Shown: positions 25,904 to 38,435 of the stretch, piece by piece
How the letters are laid out: the number at the start of each line of letters is the position of its first letter
Numbering within the stretch: position 1 is the stretch's first letter
Assembly (NCBI GenBank): GCA_051362555.1
Contig: CM120646.1
Coordinates: 7,068,001 to 7,132,000 of the forward strand
Reading direction: 5' to 3'
Origin: Lingula anatina
Taxonomy: Eukaryota; Animalia; Brachiopoda
Length of the DNA: 64,000 nt
The notes under the pieces: model-generated
Told to the model about the DNA's origin: nothing
What the model saw: only the letters and a program-made list of their open reading frames with translations
The model's database searches: none
Made by a program: the position numbers and the translations under genes

Positions 25904-26818
25904 CTAAAATGAGATACAACAAGATATCAGCTTTATTATTATTCAGGTCTTTTGAGGTCAAATGTATTTTTGGTTGATTGCCTTTGGAGCATTTAGTATT
26001 TATCACAAGGTTATATTTTATCTTTGTGTACCTTTCAGTTTGCTCTTACCATGCAGATAAGTATGTGAATGTATGTTGTCAAGTTTTGATAAGAAGGGAG
26101 AAACGCAGTCCGGGGTTGGCTGGGGTCGCGTGGTACAAAGACAGCATTTTTAATCAAATATTTGGTTTCGAATTTAATTCTGTGTCAATTCACCCTCTTT
26201 GATATTTGTAGGTGATGATATCCATTTGGATAAGATGTGTGGTGGGCCCCTGTTTTAATCTATAATCACACCGAATCACAACGAGATATTTTAGCACACT
26301 GTAACTTCTGAGGCAGTTGTTTGTTTAAATGAGAGAGACAGAGAAATGTTAATGACCGACTAGTTACATTCATAACCTGCCCGTTGCATTTTTTGAACAC
26401 AGGGTATTCTCGAGATGGCATATTGTGTTGATACATAAATATAGCACACGATTAAACTGTGTGAATGCACGAATTGCAAAATTGTTATCTGCTGATGATA
26501 GATAGTTTACATAGCTTAAGTCTACATACCCCCCCTGTTGAGAAGATCTAGTGCTTGGAAGTAACGCTTATAAACATACCCCTTCAAAAAAAAAAAAAAA
26601 AAAAAAAAAACATTATAACAGGAAATAGTGGGGGCTGATTGTCTAGTAATAATTAAAAGAAATATATACTGCTATCGACATAAACTCGTATAAAAGACGT
26701 GTTTTGATAAAAAATATTCCAAAAGAAAGCTGCACAATTATTTTATCTATATTGCCTATTGCATTTTATTTTGACACATGGAATCAAGTTGAGTCTATTA
26801 CATTTCATGTTTCTTTAC

Positions 26819-27009
26819 CTGCTGTAGTGGAAGTATTTGCCGCCAAATATTCAGAATGTTTGTTATAGGGACACAAATAAGCTTGCCCCAAATCGAAACA
26901 TTCGGATGAGATTCCCCCTTGATGTATACCACGACATTCGCTTTCTCCCGTGTAAGTGATATTACCCTCGTCCTTACGGTGAACACAGCAAAAGTCACAA
27001 GGTTCGCAC
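26819..27009 (-). CDS. TNFR-like receptor exon 3 (cysteine-rich domain)
   Basis: ttttttgcag|...|gtaaag, 191 nt: CEPCDFCCVHRKDEGNITYTGESECRGIHQGGISSECFDLGQAYLCPYNKHSEYLAANTSTTA; open frame, phase 2 to 1. Confidence 0.85.
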
Positions 27010-27182
27010 CTGCAAAAAATTACAAGTATTTTTCAGCATAGTCTTTTAAATTGTATTCTTACAGGAAAATAACTAATATGTTTTTGTCTTCAAATTAGTT
27101 TATCAATATTGGGTTTGGGTTATATCATCATTTCAATGACAATGTATAAATAATAATGTTAAGAAGAGATTTGATGACTTAC

Positions 27183-27265
27183 TGTTGAGTGGTAGGGTTA
27201 AATGCAGTGTGTTTCTCAGTGCATGGGGGAACCGCTGCACACATCACTACCACCATCAAGATACC
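27183..27265 (-). CDS. TNFR-like receptor exon 2 (signal peptide core and CRD start)
   Basis: tttcgcatag|...|gtaagt, 83 nt: GILMVVVMCAAVPPCTEKHTAFNPTTQ(Q); phase 0 to 2. Confidence 0.8.
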
Positions 27266-27389
27266 CTATGCGAAAGTAAATTATATGCGTTCAGTAAAAG
27301 TTTTTTATTATTGCTTTTATAAACACACTTTTTGGGTTTCCAAATACCTTCTATATTAACTAAATGTGATAAAATAACATTAATATAGC

Positions 27390-29330
27390 AGACAATGTGC
27401 TGGTAGATAAAGTTCAATTCGGGCATCCAGGCAATGACCTACATTGATCGAGGTAGTCACGTGCTTTATTCAAATCTTTAGGTCTAACATTTGCGCAACA
27501 TTTTAGCATTTCTGCAGCAGATGGAACAAAATAGACGGCAAGGAAAAATGTTCTCTAACTGGTAAGGCACTATTATTTTTGTACTTTGTAAAGCCATGGT
27601 GTGAAGCAGAGTTGTATCTTTGTTAAGGTGTATGTACAATGAAAAACAAGGGGCTGCTTTGGGGACACCTTTTCTTCTCACTAGACAATGGCATATTTGC
27701 ATCAATACTAAACAATACTTTTTACATTTGTCATTTTGAATTCCCATTTTATACCAAAAGTGGTGTTTTTCTGTTTAATACCAGATAGTACGGTACATCT
27801 CCATGTATTGATCTTCTATACGAATGCCTCAGTTAGATGTGCTAGGTCACAGGACTTTGTGTCACTTTCGATTTCATCTTTATACCATATGATAGATGTA
27901 GCTCCATAAGCTTACAATCGATTTAATAAATAGGTACTTTGGAATCTGTCTATCACCTATACGAACTGCATGTCCTAAGTATTTGGTAGAGTGGGGCATT
28001 GTAACTGTATTAAATAGAAGAGTAAGACTGACAATGTTTTGGACGACACGTCTTTCTAGGAGAGAGCTTTGCCAAACTAACTTACACATATTTTGTGGAC
28101 TATGTAGATAGTCGAATGTGACACTTGTTCCATCAGGATGTCTTTATTAATGTCTAACTTATATAAATTTATCCCGCTTTGACCTAGGTAAACATTGGCG
28201 ACCTAATTGCTAGGCAGCGTCATGATCAATACGTACTGTGTGCTATTTGATCTGAGGCATTATGCTAACCATTCATCCGAAAACAATTCGGGTCAACTTG
28301 CTATGTTTAAACACTCAAGCATGTGTTTCAACACACTAGTTTACCTGCACATGTGCTACACTGAATCACAAGCCTGGAGTTGTGAATCAATATGTACTGG
28401 TATTGATAACATTTAGCTTTTAGCAATGATAAACTGAAAGCATATGGGTGACGTTTGGTTTCTTCCCCCGTCTTGGCTCAGGCTTTGTGAGATACAAGTC
28501 TAGTCTTCAGTTTCGTGTACGAGGCGAAAAGTTAAAATAAATGATCACTATCAATAAAATGAATTTCGAACGGATTTTCTTCAGAAAATCAATATATAGT
28601 TGCAAAAACATCATACACATATTGTTTATACTAGATTTAAACAAAATGGCTTAATTTACATTACAATAATTTACTCAAAACTACAGGTATATTTATGGTA
28701 CCAAAGGAATGAGTTGCAACAGAACAGGAAAAAATTACTTATTGATCAAAAATAATTACAGGGGTAAATAAAAACTATGAATATTCTACTAAAAACGTAC
28801 TAAAATCCAATTTAGCAGTTTGGAGAATACCTTAAAGCTTTTGTCTGCATCCTTCATGTTTTTATGGCATATACACTTAGCAAAATCAAAAGTTTGCAGT
28901 AATATTACTGCAAGCTAAAAATTTGCAGCAGCGAGTTTGAAGAAGTTTGCAAGAAAAATTTCTTGCTGCTAATTTGCAGTCGTGTTACAGCAAATTTGTT
29001 GCATATTTACAAGCAGAAATCGCAAATTTGTTGCAAATCGCTGCTAATTTGCAGCAGGCCTAATATTTTGCTTAGGACTTGTCCATATAGTTTCTTTACT
29101 TAGAGTAATGCAATTTACCTGTCTTGCTTGCAATCATAATCAGTTATTTATGGAAATGAAGTGGAATTAGGAATATCTGTATATTTTTGGTGTAGTTTAC
29201 GTTTTGTAAGTGTAAGTCCTTGAAATAATAAACTTTAAAAGCATTTAAGCTGGGTGAAAAGAAGTAACAATGCCAGATATCAAATTTTATTTTAATTAAA
29301 ATACCTAGGGCGATGCACAATATCTATACT
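27390..29330 (+). repeat. ~1.9-kb direct repeat, copy 1 (intron 1 of the TNFR-like gene)
   Basis: Colinear and highly similar to 35448-37370; both contain an internal (gcaaatttg)-rich TIR element. Confidence 0.92.
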
Positions 29331-29407
29331 GTAATTAAGCCTGACAGTGCTTTTGTAAACCTGTCTGGAGTTTTCAAAGTTTAACCTGGTACATGTGTTT
29401 TTTTGTA

Positions 29408-30066
29408 GGATTCTAGGACAATTCCCCCCCCCCCCCCGGACTATTTCCCCCGGACAATTCTCCCCCGGACAATTCCCCCCAGGACAATTCCCCCAGGACG
29501 ATTCCCCCCCAGAAATATATATATTTATAAACAAATATAAAGTAGAAAGTGTTAAGTTAAAAACAGTTCTTCCTTTTTATTGATATTTTTAGTGTGAAAA
29601 TACAACTTCATCATGAAACAAATTATTTTATAACAAATTCCTTTTTCATTGAGTACAAGTACAGAAAGATTTATCAAATATCTAATCAAAGTATTACCAC
29701 CCATCCTTCAGGTAAAGGTGGGTAAACAGATGAACAGGTAAACAGATATTTTTACATCTTTACCTGGAGATAAACTTTGAACAGATTTTTAATAAAATGT
29801 TCCGTACTTCTATCTTGAAAATTTTATGTACTTGTACTCCATGAAAGTAATTTGTTTAATGAAATTAATATTATTTATCCTCCAGTTTGATCATCACACT
29901 AAGAAATATTCAGAAAAAGGATGAAAAGATTTGAACTTTGTACTCTTTACTTTATATTTATATACAAATATACATTATTGGGGGGGGGGGGTCGTCTGGG
30001 GGGAGGGGTTGTGGGGGGGGGGGTTGTCCGGGGGGAATAGTCCGGGGGGGAGATTGTCCTGATACC
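29408..30066. mobile_element. Foldback/MITE with subterminal (ccccggacaatt)n arrays
   Basis: ggattctaggacaattcccccc ... ggggggagattgtcctgatacc termini, and long imperfect AT-rich inverted arms. Confidence 0.78.
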
Positions 30067-30186
30067 ATCTGTAGTCCCGTGCGTAACCCATCATGAATTT
30101 TTTACAATTATTTAGAGAAACGATCAAAAGAGTCTTTATGAAGATGTAAAGGTGAACAATTCGAACTGAAATATGAAGGCACATAC

Positions 30187-30219
30187 CTGTACATATCTAA
30201 CACATGTAGATATATCCAT
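30187..30219 (-). CDS. TNFR-like single-CRD receptor, exon 1 (MDISTCVRYVQ)
   Basis: ATG plus 11 codons ending CAG|GTATGT in phase 0. It joins the next exon to complete a plausible signal peptide. This is the least certain exon. Confidence 0.6.
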
Positions 30220-30679
30220 TCATCACAAAAATAGCTGGATATATTTCCTAAACAAGCTTCTAAAACTAATACTATAAGGTCACCAATACTTACAATATAA
30301 GGTCAAAGTGTACCAGAAATAGTCAAATTATTCATTCTTATACCAAGGCATATTATTTGTGCCCTACCTTCTCGGGAAAAGTGGTATAGACTTATCTCAA
30401 CTGTTATAAAACATTCCCCTAAATCAAAATTTCGTGTTATGGAGTGCTTTTAATAATGGTGTCATTTTTCATCTTTGTAAAGTAGCCTGGTGGGAGAGTT
30501 TCGGATATTAGGACTATTTACTGTTAATTTTACAGGCACTCTAAACAATCAAAATATTTACCTGGTCCAATATCAATGGATATGTTAAATCCAAATATAT
30601 TCAACTTTTAGGGAGACATGATTTCTTTAGTAGACCCAATTACATTCGGCTAATACAAATGGCTTACATATTATACATT

Positions 30680-32010
30680 GCAATAGATTAACGTTAAATA
30701 TTGTCCTTAACAATATCTCTAACATTTACCGTGTACTCCCCCCACTTGTATATATTTTTCATGATTCATTTTTCCTGCTTAAACTATGAGATAAATATTC
30801 TGGGCATGCTTTCACGAATCTACCAAAGGGAGCGCCCAGTACATGATGGCAAAATGGCGAACTAGAATGTGTTTACTTGTCAATCACAATTGGGTAATAT
30901 TAAGTGCAGTTTTATAATGAACTTGGCGTAGCCTGTAGGCGGTATGTTATGTCTATTTATTTGACATATTGGTTTTATCGATAGAGTGTGCTCCTCTTAG
31001 AGCTTAATACAACTGAAGTATGCTTTACATTGGTGTATCTCTACGGTATGTCGAGCGATTTGTGACTCTAGGGCTTGTGGAAAGGTTTTGAGCCTCACAC
31101 TGTAATAATCAGGTATTTGGATTCATTCTGTTTCATCTTCTAATAAGTCCCCTTAAAGCAACAACACGTTCTTGTTCCATCTAGTAGGCCAGACCCGATT
31201 AGTAAAATCCAGCAGCTTGGACCCATAAGGTTGTAAACATCCACAGCATCTGTACGCTCATCATTATCCTATAATATTCCTCTAGTATATTCCTTTAGTA
31301 GACTCAATGACAGCCTGGACACGTACAGGTACATGTACATACTTTATATATTATACGTTGAAATGAATCTACTGGGTACTCACCGATACTTGCATATACT
31401 TAGCTATTTGGTAGTTCATGTTTCCTGCTTAAAATGTGATATAGGCTACTTTACTAAACCGGAAGCAAGATAAGCAATAGCATGTGACTGTTTTAATTTG
31501 CCAATCACAATTCAGGTTATATAAATCCCAAACGCGTAAAGTTGTCGAAGCATTTATGAGTTGGTTACACATACATGTACCTACAAGCATTTTCTACAAT
31601 TGTGAATCGCTATCTACCAGTACATTATGATGACAAAATGGCATACTAGAACGTGTATGTGTTAATTAGCCAATCACTGTCAAGTTAGTATAAATTCCAG
31701 TCTTAAAAATTTGTTAATGCAGTTATGAGTTTGTTACACATACCTATGAGCATTTCCTACTGTTGTTAATCGCTAAAAATGATATTGCGATACAAGTGTG
31801 TGTGTGTTTTGAATCGAGTATACATATAAATGCTCAGTTTGAGTTTTATAATGAAGTTGGAGTAATCTCTAGGACTCGTATATGGTGTCTATTTATTTGT
31901 GATAGTGATTTTATTGAGAATGCTCCCTCTTTATAGAGAGTGCCTTATTCAAGTGATGTATGCTTTATACATGCATTGGTGTTTTTTCTTGGTATGTCAA
32001 GCGATTTTTG
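30680..32010. repeat. Degenerate local tandem duplications with promoter-like motifs
   Basis: 30905-31050 resembles 31840-32010; 30850 resembles 31630 (caaaatggc..actagaa..gtgt...caatcac); 30730-30785 resembles 31370-31435. Confidence 0.65.
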
Positions 32011-32190
32011 GCTTTTGGACATTTAAGTGCGTGTCCATGAGAAACCAGCCCAAATGCACAAAATGCGGCAAGGTGAGGGTCAACGGATTTACACCATATT
32101 TGGTGTATTTGATCATCTACATGTATATGAACAATATCTGAAGCTGCAATATTTCCCTTAACTGATCCCTACTTAGAGATTTATTATTAT

Positions 32191-32438
32191 TTATTGCCTC
32201 CGCCAAGGAGGTTATGTTTTCACCCCTGTTTGTCTGTCTGTCTGTCTGTCTGTCATCAGCATAACTAAAAAGTTTGAAACCGGTTTTAATGTAATTTTCA
32301 GGAACTGTCAGAAGTGGGCCAAAGAAGAGATGATTAGTTTTTGGTGGTGATCCGGATTAATTATCAATCAGTAATCAATAATAATAAAAAAAATCGCTGC
32401 CTTGGCGGAGGTCTGCTCTCTCGGAGTTCTTTTCTAGT
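32191..32438 (+). mobile_element. Non-autonomous Helentron-type element (HINE/DINE-1-like)
   Basis: 5' subTIR cctccgccaagg with adjacent short IR, a (gtct)n microsatellite, 3' subTIR ccttggcggagg, and a terminal hairpin followed by ttctagtt in a T-rich site. Confidence 0.8.
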
Positions 32439-35400
32439 TTTATTTATTTATTTATATATATTTTTTTTGGGGGGGGGGGTGTTATCAACCCAAAGGATGT
32501 GCTGGTAATCATTGGCAAAGTGCCCATCGTCAAATTTTAAAAATAATTTGCTATTATAAATGATGCATATATTTGTTGTGTGAAAAATATTATTTGGTTT
32601 TAATTTCTGATATGTGGGGAGGGGTGTAGCCTGTTGTATGCAGTCTAATGAATGTGTAAAAAGGAGTTATATGTTAAATACTTGTGGTGTGGCACAAGTT
32701 AATGGGAAAGAAATTCTTTTTTTAATCCTAGAGAAGAGACGGAGGGGCGGTGTAATACTGTATTTTCTCTCAGAAGCCATCACTGATTCCACTCTACTGT
32801 ATAAAAGTCTTGTAACTAGGGCAACTTGTTTCAGTATATTTATTCATTTTATGTATTTTTTCCTAGACCAGCATTTGTTGGTCTAAATAGTTGTAATAAT
32901 GACAAATACACATTCTGTAAAGGATAATTATAGAGCAAAAAAGCTGTTACAGTAACAAAAAAAAAAAAAAAAAAAAAAAAAATGTAAAAGCACTGTGAAT
33001 GGCTGCTTGGAATGTTTCCAATTACCATAAAATAAATAAGGTATAAATTCTCCCAAAATAATGATAAGGTAAAAGTAAAAACTAAATGAAAATAAAGCAT
33101 GCATCATAACAGATATGGACCTTGTATAGAACGCACTGCAATAGTTACATTACGCAAAATATATATATAAAAATATTTGAATAAACATGTATAAGAAACA
33201 ACAGATATTCAATCAGATGTGCTGTCCAAAACACTTTCGATCTCACTAATACCGTCATCACTTTATGTTGGTAAATATGAGGAATCTAAACAGCCTTCTC
33301 GACAACATAATTTTCGATTGTACCCTTGCCTTCTTTCAAACCCCATCTACCACAGGACTGAAGTGATTTGTGCACAACTTCCAACTGTCTGGGAACCTAA
33401 TTTACACTGACAGTACCAACCACTGATGGGTCTAGTTTAGCTACGGGAATTCTGAATCCATAAGCTTAACTGGTGGCTAGATGTGTGCCTTAATTAACTA
33501 TATTTTGGCTCTGATTAAATCATGTGCATCCTTGCATACACTGATTTCGAACTGGCCATCTAGCAGATGCTTTATCTGGTAAACGTCTGGTAATTAATTA
33601 TAGGCTGGTGGTCTCTTCTTTCGACAATTTACCAAGTCAATAGGCTTTCACTGATCTCCACGACATCAGAGGCCATTCATAGCATTTTGGAAAAAATGCA
33701 GTGCTATTACAAATAGTGCTGGTGTGGAAAGTTAACTAACTAGGGTGCTTGTGATGGAGCCTTTCATTTTACTTTTTATGCAAAATAGATGTAAACGGGG
33801 GTATTTACACAATGATTTTAGTTGTACAATATGTACTTTCATGTCCATTAGGAGTGGGGTGGGTCAATCCCACCTAATATGTAGAGGGTCTCTATAGTAT
33901 GGGTCTCTATATAAAGTAGGTGCCACCACAATGTACGTCTGCTATTATCATAATTAATATCTGAAGAACAATTTACATGTACATTTTATCTTTCTTAATC
34001 CTAAGAAATAAGAATAAAAAATATACTAACTGTATTTAGACTCCATTTCTCATCCATGTTTTCGTTTTTAGCATGCATTACATGAAAATGAATTTTCTTT
34101 TTCTACTTGTAACTGAAGACATTTTTACTGATTTTAACCCCTGCTCCCCTTTTAAAGACCTACTGTTTTTTGGTGTTGTTCTTTTAGTACAAAATATACA
34201 CTTTGTCTGTCTACCTATCCTATGTAAGCATTTAGCAGCTACCTCGTGGCAGGAATAAACATGGCCGACTGCTAGCATATGGACTGAAAATGTCCACATA
34301 AGGTTTGAGATATCAAGCCCAACCCTAAGACAAGCTGATTTTCAATTCAATTATTTCAATTTATTTCTGTACTGGTACATAGATTGTCATGACCTTGTAC
34401 AATTTGATATACTAATGATGATACAATACAGTTAGTGCATTACCATCTTTATATAATGGACATACGTATCAGTAAAATTACTCATAAAATATTCTATCTA
34501 AGCAATGCGATAAACCTTGGTGTGATTTTAAATTTATCATAAACATACTATAAACATGTTACACAAAAAGAATATGTTTAAACTTAAAACCAAGGTTACA
34601 TAGCTGTTTAAGGCCAGTTTGATGACATGGATAATTACGACTAATGACAATTACATAAGACAGATAAGTAAATAAGTGACACAGGTATAAATATTGTGCC
34701 ATGTTCAGTCCCACTGCCGAGTCACTTCTCACAACAGTGGGACCATACACTGACATTTTAAGGGATATGCTAAGAGTTACCAAGCAGAGCAACCACTTCA
34801 CTTCTTTTCTTGAATGATTTGATTATAAAGTTGGAGAGGGACACTAGAGTATCTTTTTTGGCACTGTTAAATACATGGCATAAATGACTGTCTGGTGACC
34901 TGGGATCAGCTTTTAGGATTGAGGTTTTACTTCAAATATATCTCACCTTATATTCATGTCTTTTCAACCATGAATAATTAGCTTGTCATAGGCAGGGGCT
35001 CATATATAAAATGAACATCTTTTATCCTCAAGTCATTGTGAGATTATTCTTTCAATCAGCACTACATATACGAATAAAGCAATCAAAATATTGATCACAG
35101 GCATCAATTGACCACTTATTGTCTTTCTTTTTTAAACTGTCACCTTCTGTACCCATAGTTTTCACCTTACTACAAGTATAGAAGTGTAGCAATATATTTC
35201 AGAACTCCCCTAAAACAAACATTTTCATTAATATTTTACAAGATCATTTGACATTAATATTAGATATTTCAAAATTAAAAAAAAAAATTAAAGTGGATCA
35301 AAAAAGTGTAAGACCTTCATTTTAATTTGGTGTCATTTTTTTTCATTCATTCCCAATTTATTTTTCATGTACAAAGGTGGGCACTTTTACCCTCTTATTA

Positions 35401-35447
35401 TCACTCAAATCTACTCTAAATGAAGGCACTATTATTTTTGTACTTAG

Positions 35448-36600
35448 CAGACGAGGTGCTGGTAGATAAAGTTCAATGAGGGCATCCAGGCAACGACCTG
35501 CATTGATCCGGTCAGGTGGTATTTTCAAATCTGTAGGTTTATCCTTGCGCAACATTTAACATCTTTGCAGCAGATGGAAAAAAAACCCGCGACAAGTTTA
35601 AAGGAAAAATCTACTCTAACTGGTAAGGCACTATTATTTTTGTACTTTGTAAAGCCATGGTGTTGAGCAGAGTTGTATCTTTGTTAAGGTGTATGTACAA
35701 TGAAAAACAAGGGGCTGCTTTGCGGACACCTTCTCTCCTCACTAGGCAATGGCATATTTGCATCAATACTTTTTACATTTGTCGTTTTGGATTCCTATTT
35801 TATAACAAAAGTGGTGTTTTTCTGTTTAATACCAGATAGTGCGGTACATCTCCATGTATTGATCTTCTATACGAATGCCTCAGTTAGTTGTGCTAGGACA
35901 CAGAACTACGTGTCTCTGATTTCATCTTTAAACCATATGATAGGTGTAGCTCCATAAGCTTACAATCGATTAAATAAATAGGTCCTTTAGAATCTGTCTA
36001 TCATCTATACGAACTGCATGTCCTAAGTATTTGGTAGAGTTTTAACTGTATTAAATAGAAGAGTAAGACTGACAATGTTTTGGACGGCACGTCTTTCTAG
36101 GAGAGAGCTTTGCCAAACTAACTTACACATATTTTGTGGACTATGTAGATACACGAATGTGACACTTGTTCGATCATAGTGTCTTTATAAATGTCCAACT
36201 TATATAAATTTATCCCGCTTTGACCTAGGTAAACATTGGCGACCTAACTGCTAGGCAGCGTCATGATCAGTACGTACTGTGTGCTATTTGATCTGAGGCA
36301 TTATGCTAACAATTCATCCGAAAATAATTCGGGTCACCTTGCTATGTTTAAATACTCAATCATGTGTCTCAGCACACTAGTTTACCTGCATATGTTCTAC
36401 ACTGAATCACAAGCCCGGAGTTGTGAATCACTATGTACAGGTATTGATAACATTTAACTTTTAGCTATGATAAACTGAAAGCATATGGGTGACGTTTAGT
36501 CTCTTCCCCCGTCTTGGCTCAGGCTTGGTTTGTGAACTTTGTGAGATACAAGTCAAGTCTGCAGTTTCGTGTACGAGGCGAAAAGTTAAAATGTATGATC

Positions 36601-36671
<71 letters not shown>

Positions 36672-37370
36672 ATATAGTTGCAAAAACATCATACAAATAT
36701 TGTTTTTCTAGATTTAAACAAAATGGCTTTACATGTACAATAATTTACTCATAACTATATTTAGTGTATCAAAGGAATGAGTTGCAACAGAACAGGAAAA
36801 ATACTTATCCATCAAAAATAATTAAATAAAAATGATGAATATTCTAGTAAAATGTGCAAAAAAGCCAACTTTACAGTTTGGAGAATACCTTAAAGTTTTT
36901 GTCTACATCCTTCATGTTTTATGGCATATACTTAGCAAAGTTAATATTGATGCAATCTTAAAATTCGCAGCAGCGAATTTGCAGAAGTTTGCAAGAAAAA
37001 AAAAATCATGCTGTTAACTTGCAGTCGTGTTGCTGCAAATTTGTTGCAAATTTACAAGCAGATATCGCAGAAATCGCAAATTTGTTACAAATCGTGCTTA
37101 TTAGCAGCAGGCCTAATATTTTGCTTAGAACCTGTCCATATAGTTTCCTTACTTAGAGTAATGCAAATTACTGGTCTTGCTTGCAATCATAATCAGTTAT
37201 TTATGAAAATAAAGTGGAATTGGGAATATCTAAATATTTTTGATGTAGTTAATGTTTTGTAAGTGTAAGTACTTGAAATAATAAACTTTAAAAGCATTTA
37301 AACCGGCTGAAAAGAAGTAACAATGCCAGATATCAAATTAATACCTAGGACGTAGCACAATATCTATACT
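35448..37370 (+). repeat. ~1.9-kb direct repeat, copy 2
   Basis: Matches 27390-29330; carries an extra (AT)n tract at about 36603-36665. Confidence 0.92.
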
Positions 37371-38112
37371 GGGAGACCCTTCCCCCTCCTCACTTTCATC
37401 CGCCCACCCCTAATCCCACCTAAACACCCTTCATGGCTTTCGCTGTGAAGGCGGCCTGTGCCTCGTAGAGGCGGGCATCTAGTATTCACCGCACGGCGAG
37501 AAAAAACCGTAACTCCCTGAATACCCTGCCCGGAATCCGCGGTGAAGTTGCTTGTGCGCCGCTGATACGGATCAGCGGCCGTCTTGGCCTACCCACACGA
37601 CCGAGAGAGACCGTTGTATTCAGCACAGCTTCCTCGGTGAAGGCTTCCTGTACGCCGTAAGCAATAATCGGCGGCCGTCTTGAACTCAGCGAACGGCGAG
37701 GAGAGACGGTAACACCCTGCCCGGCTTTCGCAGTGAAGGTTACATAATCGCGGTACACGATAATCGCCGGTGGCCTCTCCCTCCGTCCACCCCTGTTTCT
37801 CTCAGCAAAAACGATTGTGGCTTCTCAGAATCGTTTTTGAAAAACGACACTAGTTTCTGGTTGCCAGAATCATTTTTCAAAAAACGACACTGATTTCTTG
37901 GCATCAGAATCGCTTTTGAATATTCAATAAAATTAAATATTATACCTCAAATACAAAGGGAGACCCCGGGGGCCCTTTTTCCCAACTCACCCTCACCCGC
38001 CAACCCCCAACTCCACCTAAACAGCCTTCCCGGCTTTCGCTATGGAGGCGGCCTCTGCCTCTCCCTCCATCCACCCCTGTTTCTCTCCGCAAAAACGATT
38101 CTGGCTTCTCAG
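37371..38112. repeat. GC-rich unclassified insertion with internal repeats
   Basis: Recurrent ggctttcgc(t/a)gtgaagg, cggccgtcttg and aaaaacgacact units; 37371-37460 plus 37773-37828 is re-duplicated at 37958-38112. Confidence 0.6.
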
Positions 38113-38209
38113 CGCTCCGCTACTTGTGTGTATTTTGCAATTTGATGACTCATGTTTCCTGCATATACATGTAGTAGGCAATAGATTAACGTTAAAGTTT
38201 GTCGTTACA

Positions 38210-38380
38210 ATATAATAATAATAATAATAATAATAAGATTCTTATATGGCGCCTTACATTCTATCTCAAGGCGCCTTACAATAATGGCTAATATACTAAA
38301 ATCATTAAAATGACTACAATATTTTAATCATAAACTCTCATTGGAAACCATTTAAAATTTACACTACTAAAAATCAATCC

Positions 38381-38432
<52 letters not shown>
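38210..38432 (-). mobile_element. 3' tail of an L2/CR1-type non-LTR retroelement (or derived SINE)
   Basis: Minus strand reads tgtaaggcgccttgagatagaatgtaaggcgccatataagaatc(tta)n. The insert is flanked by aatat, and the paralogous site at ~30712 (ttaacaatatctct) is empty. Confidence 0.7.

Positions 38433-38435
<3 letters not shown>

Noticed and set aside
29292-29583. GNCPG / PGQFP repeat ORFs resembling a structural protein
   Set aside because: Translation of the MITE subterminal (ccccggacaatt)n array.
37486-37758. 90-aa ORF in the GC-rich insert
   Set aside because: Non-ATG start and no motif; expected by chance in GC-rich repeat DNA.
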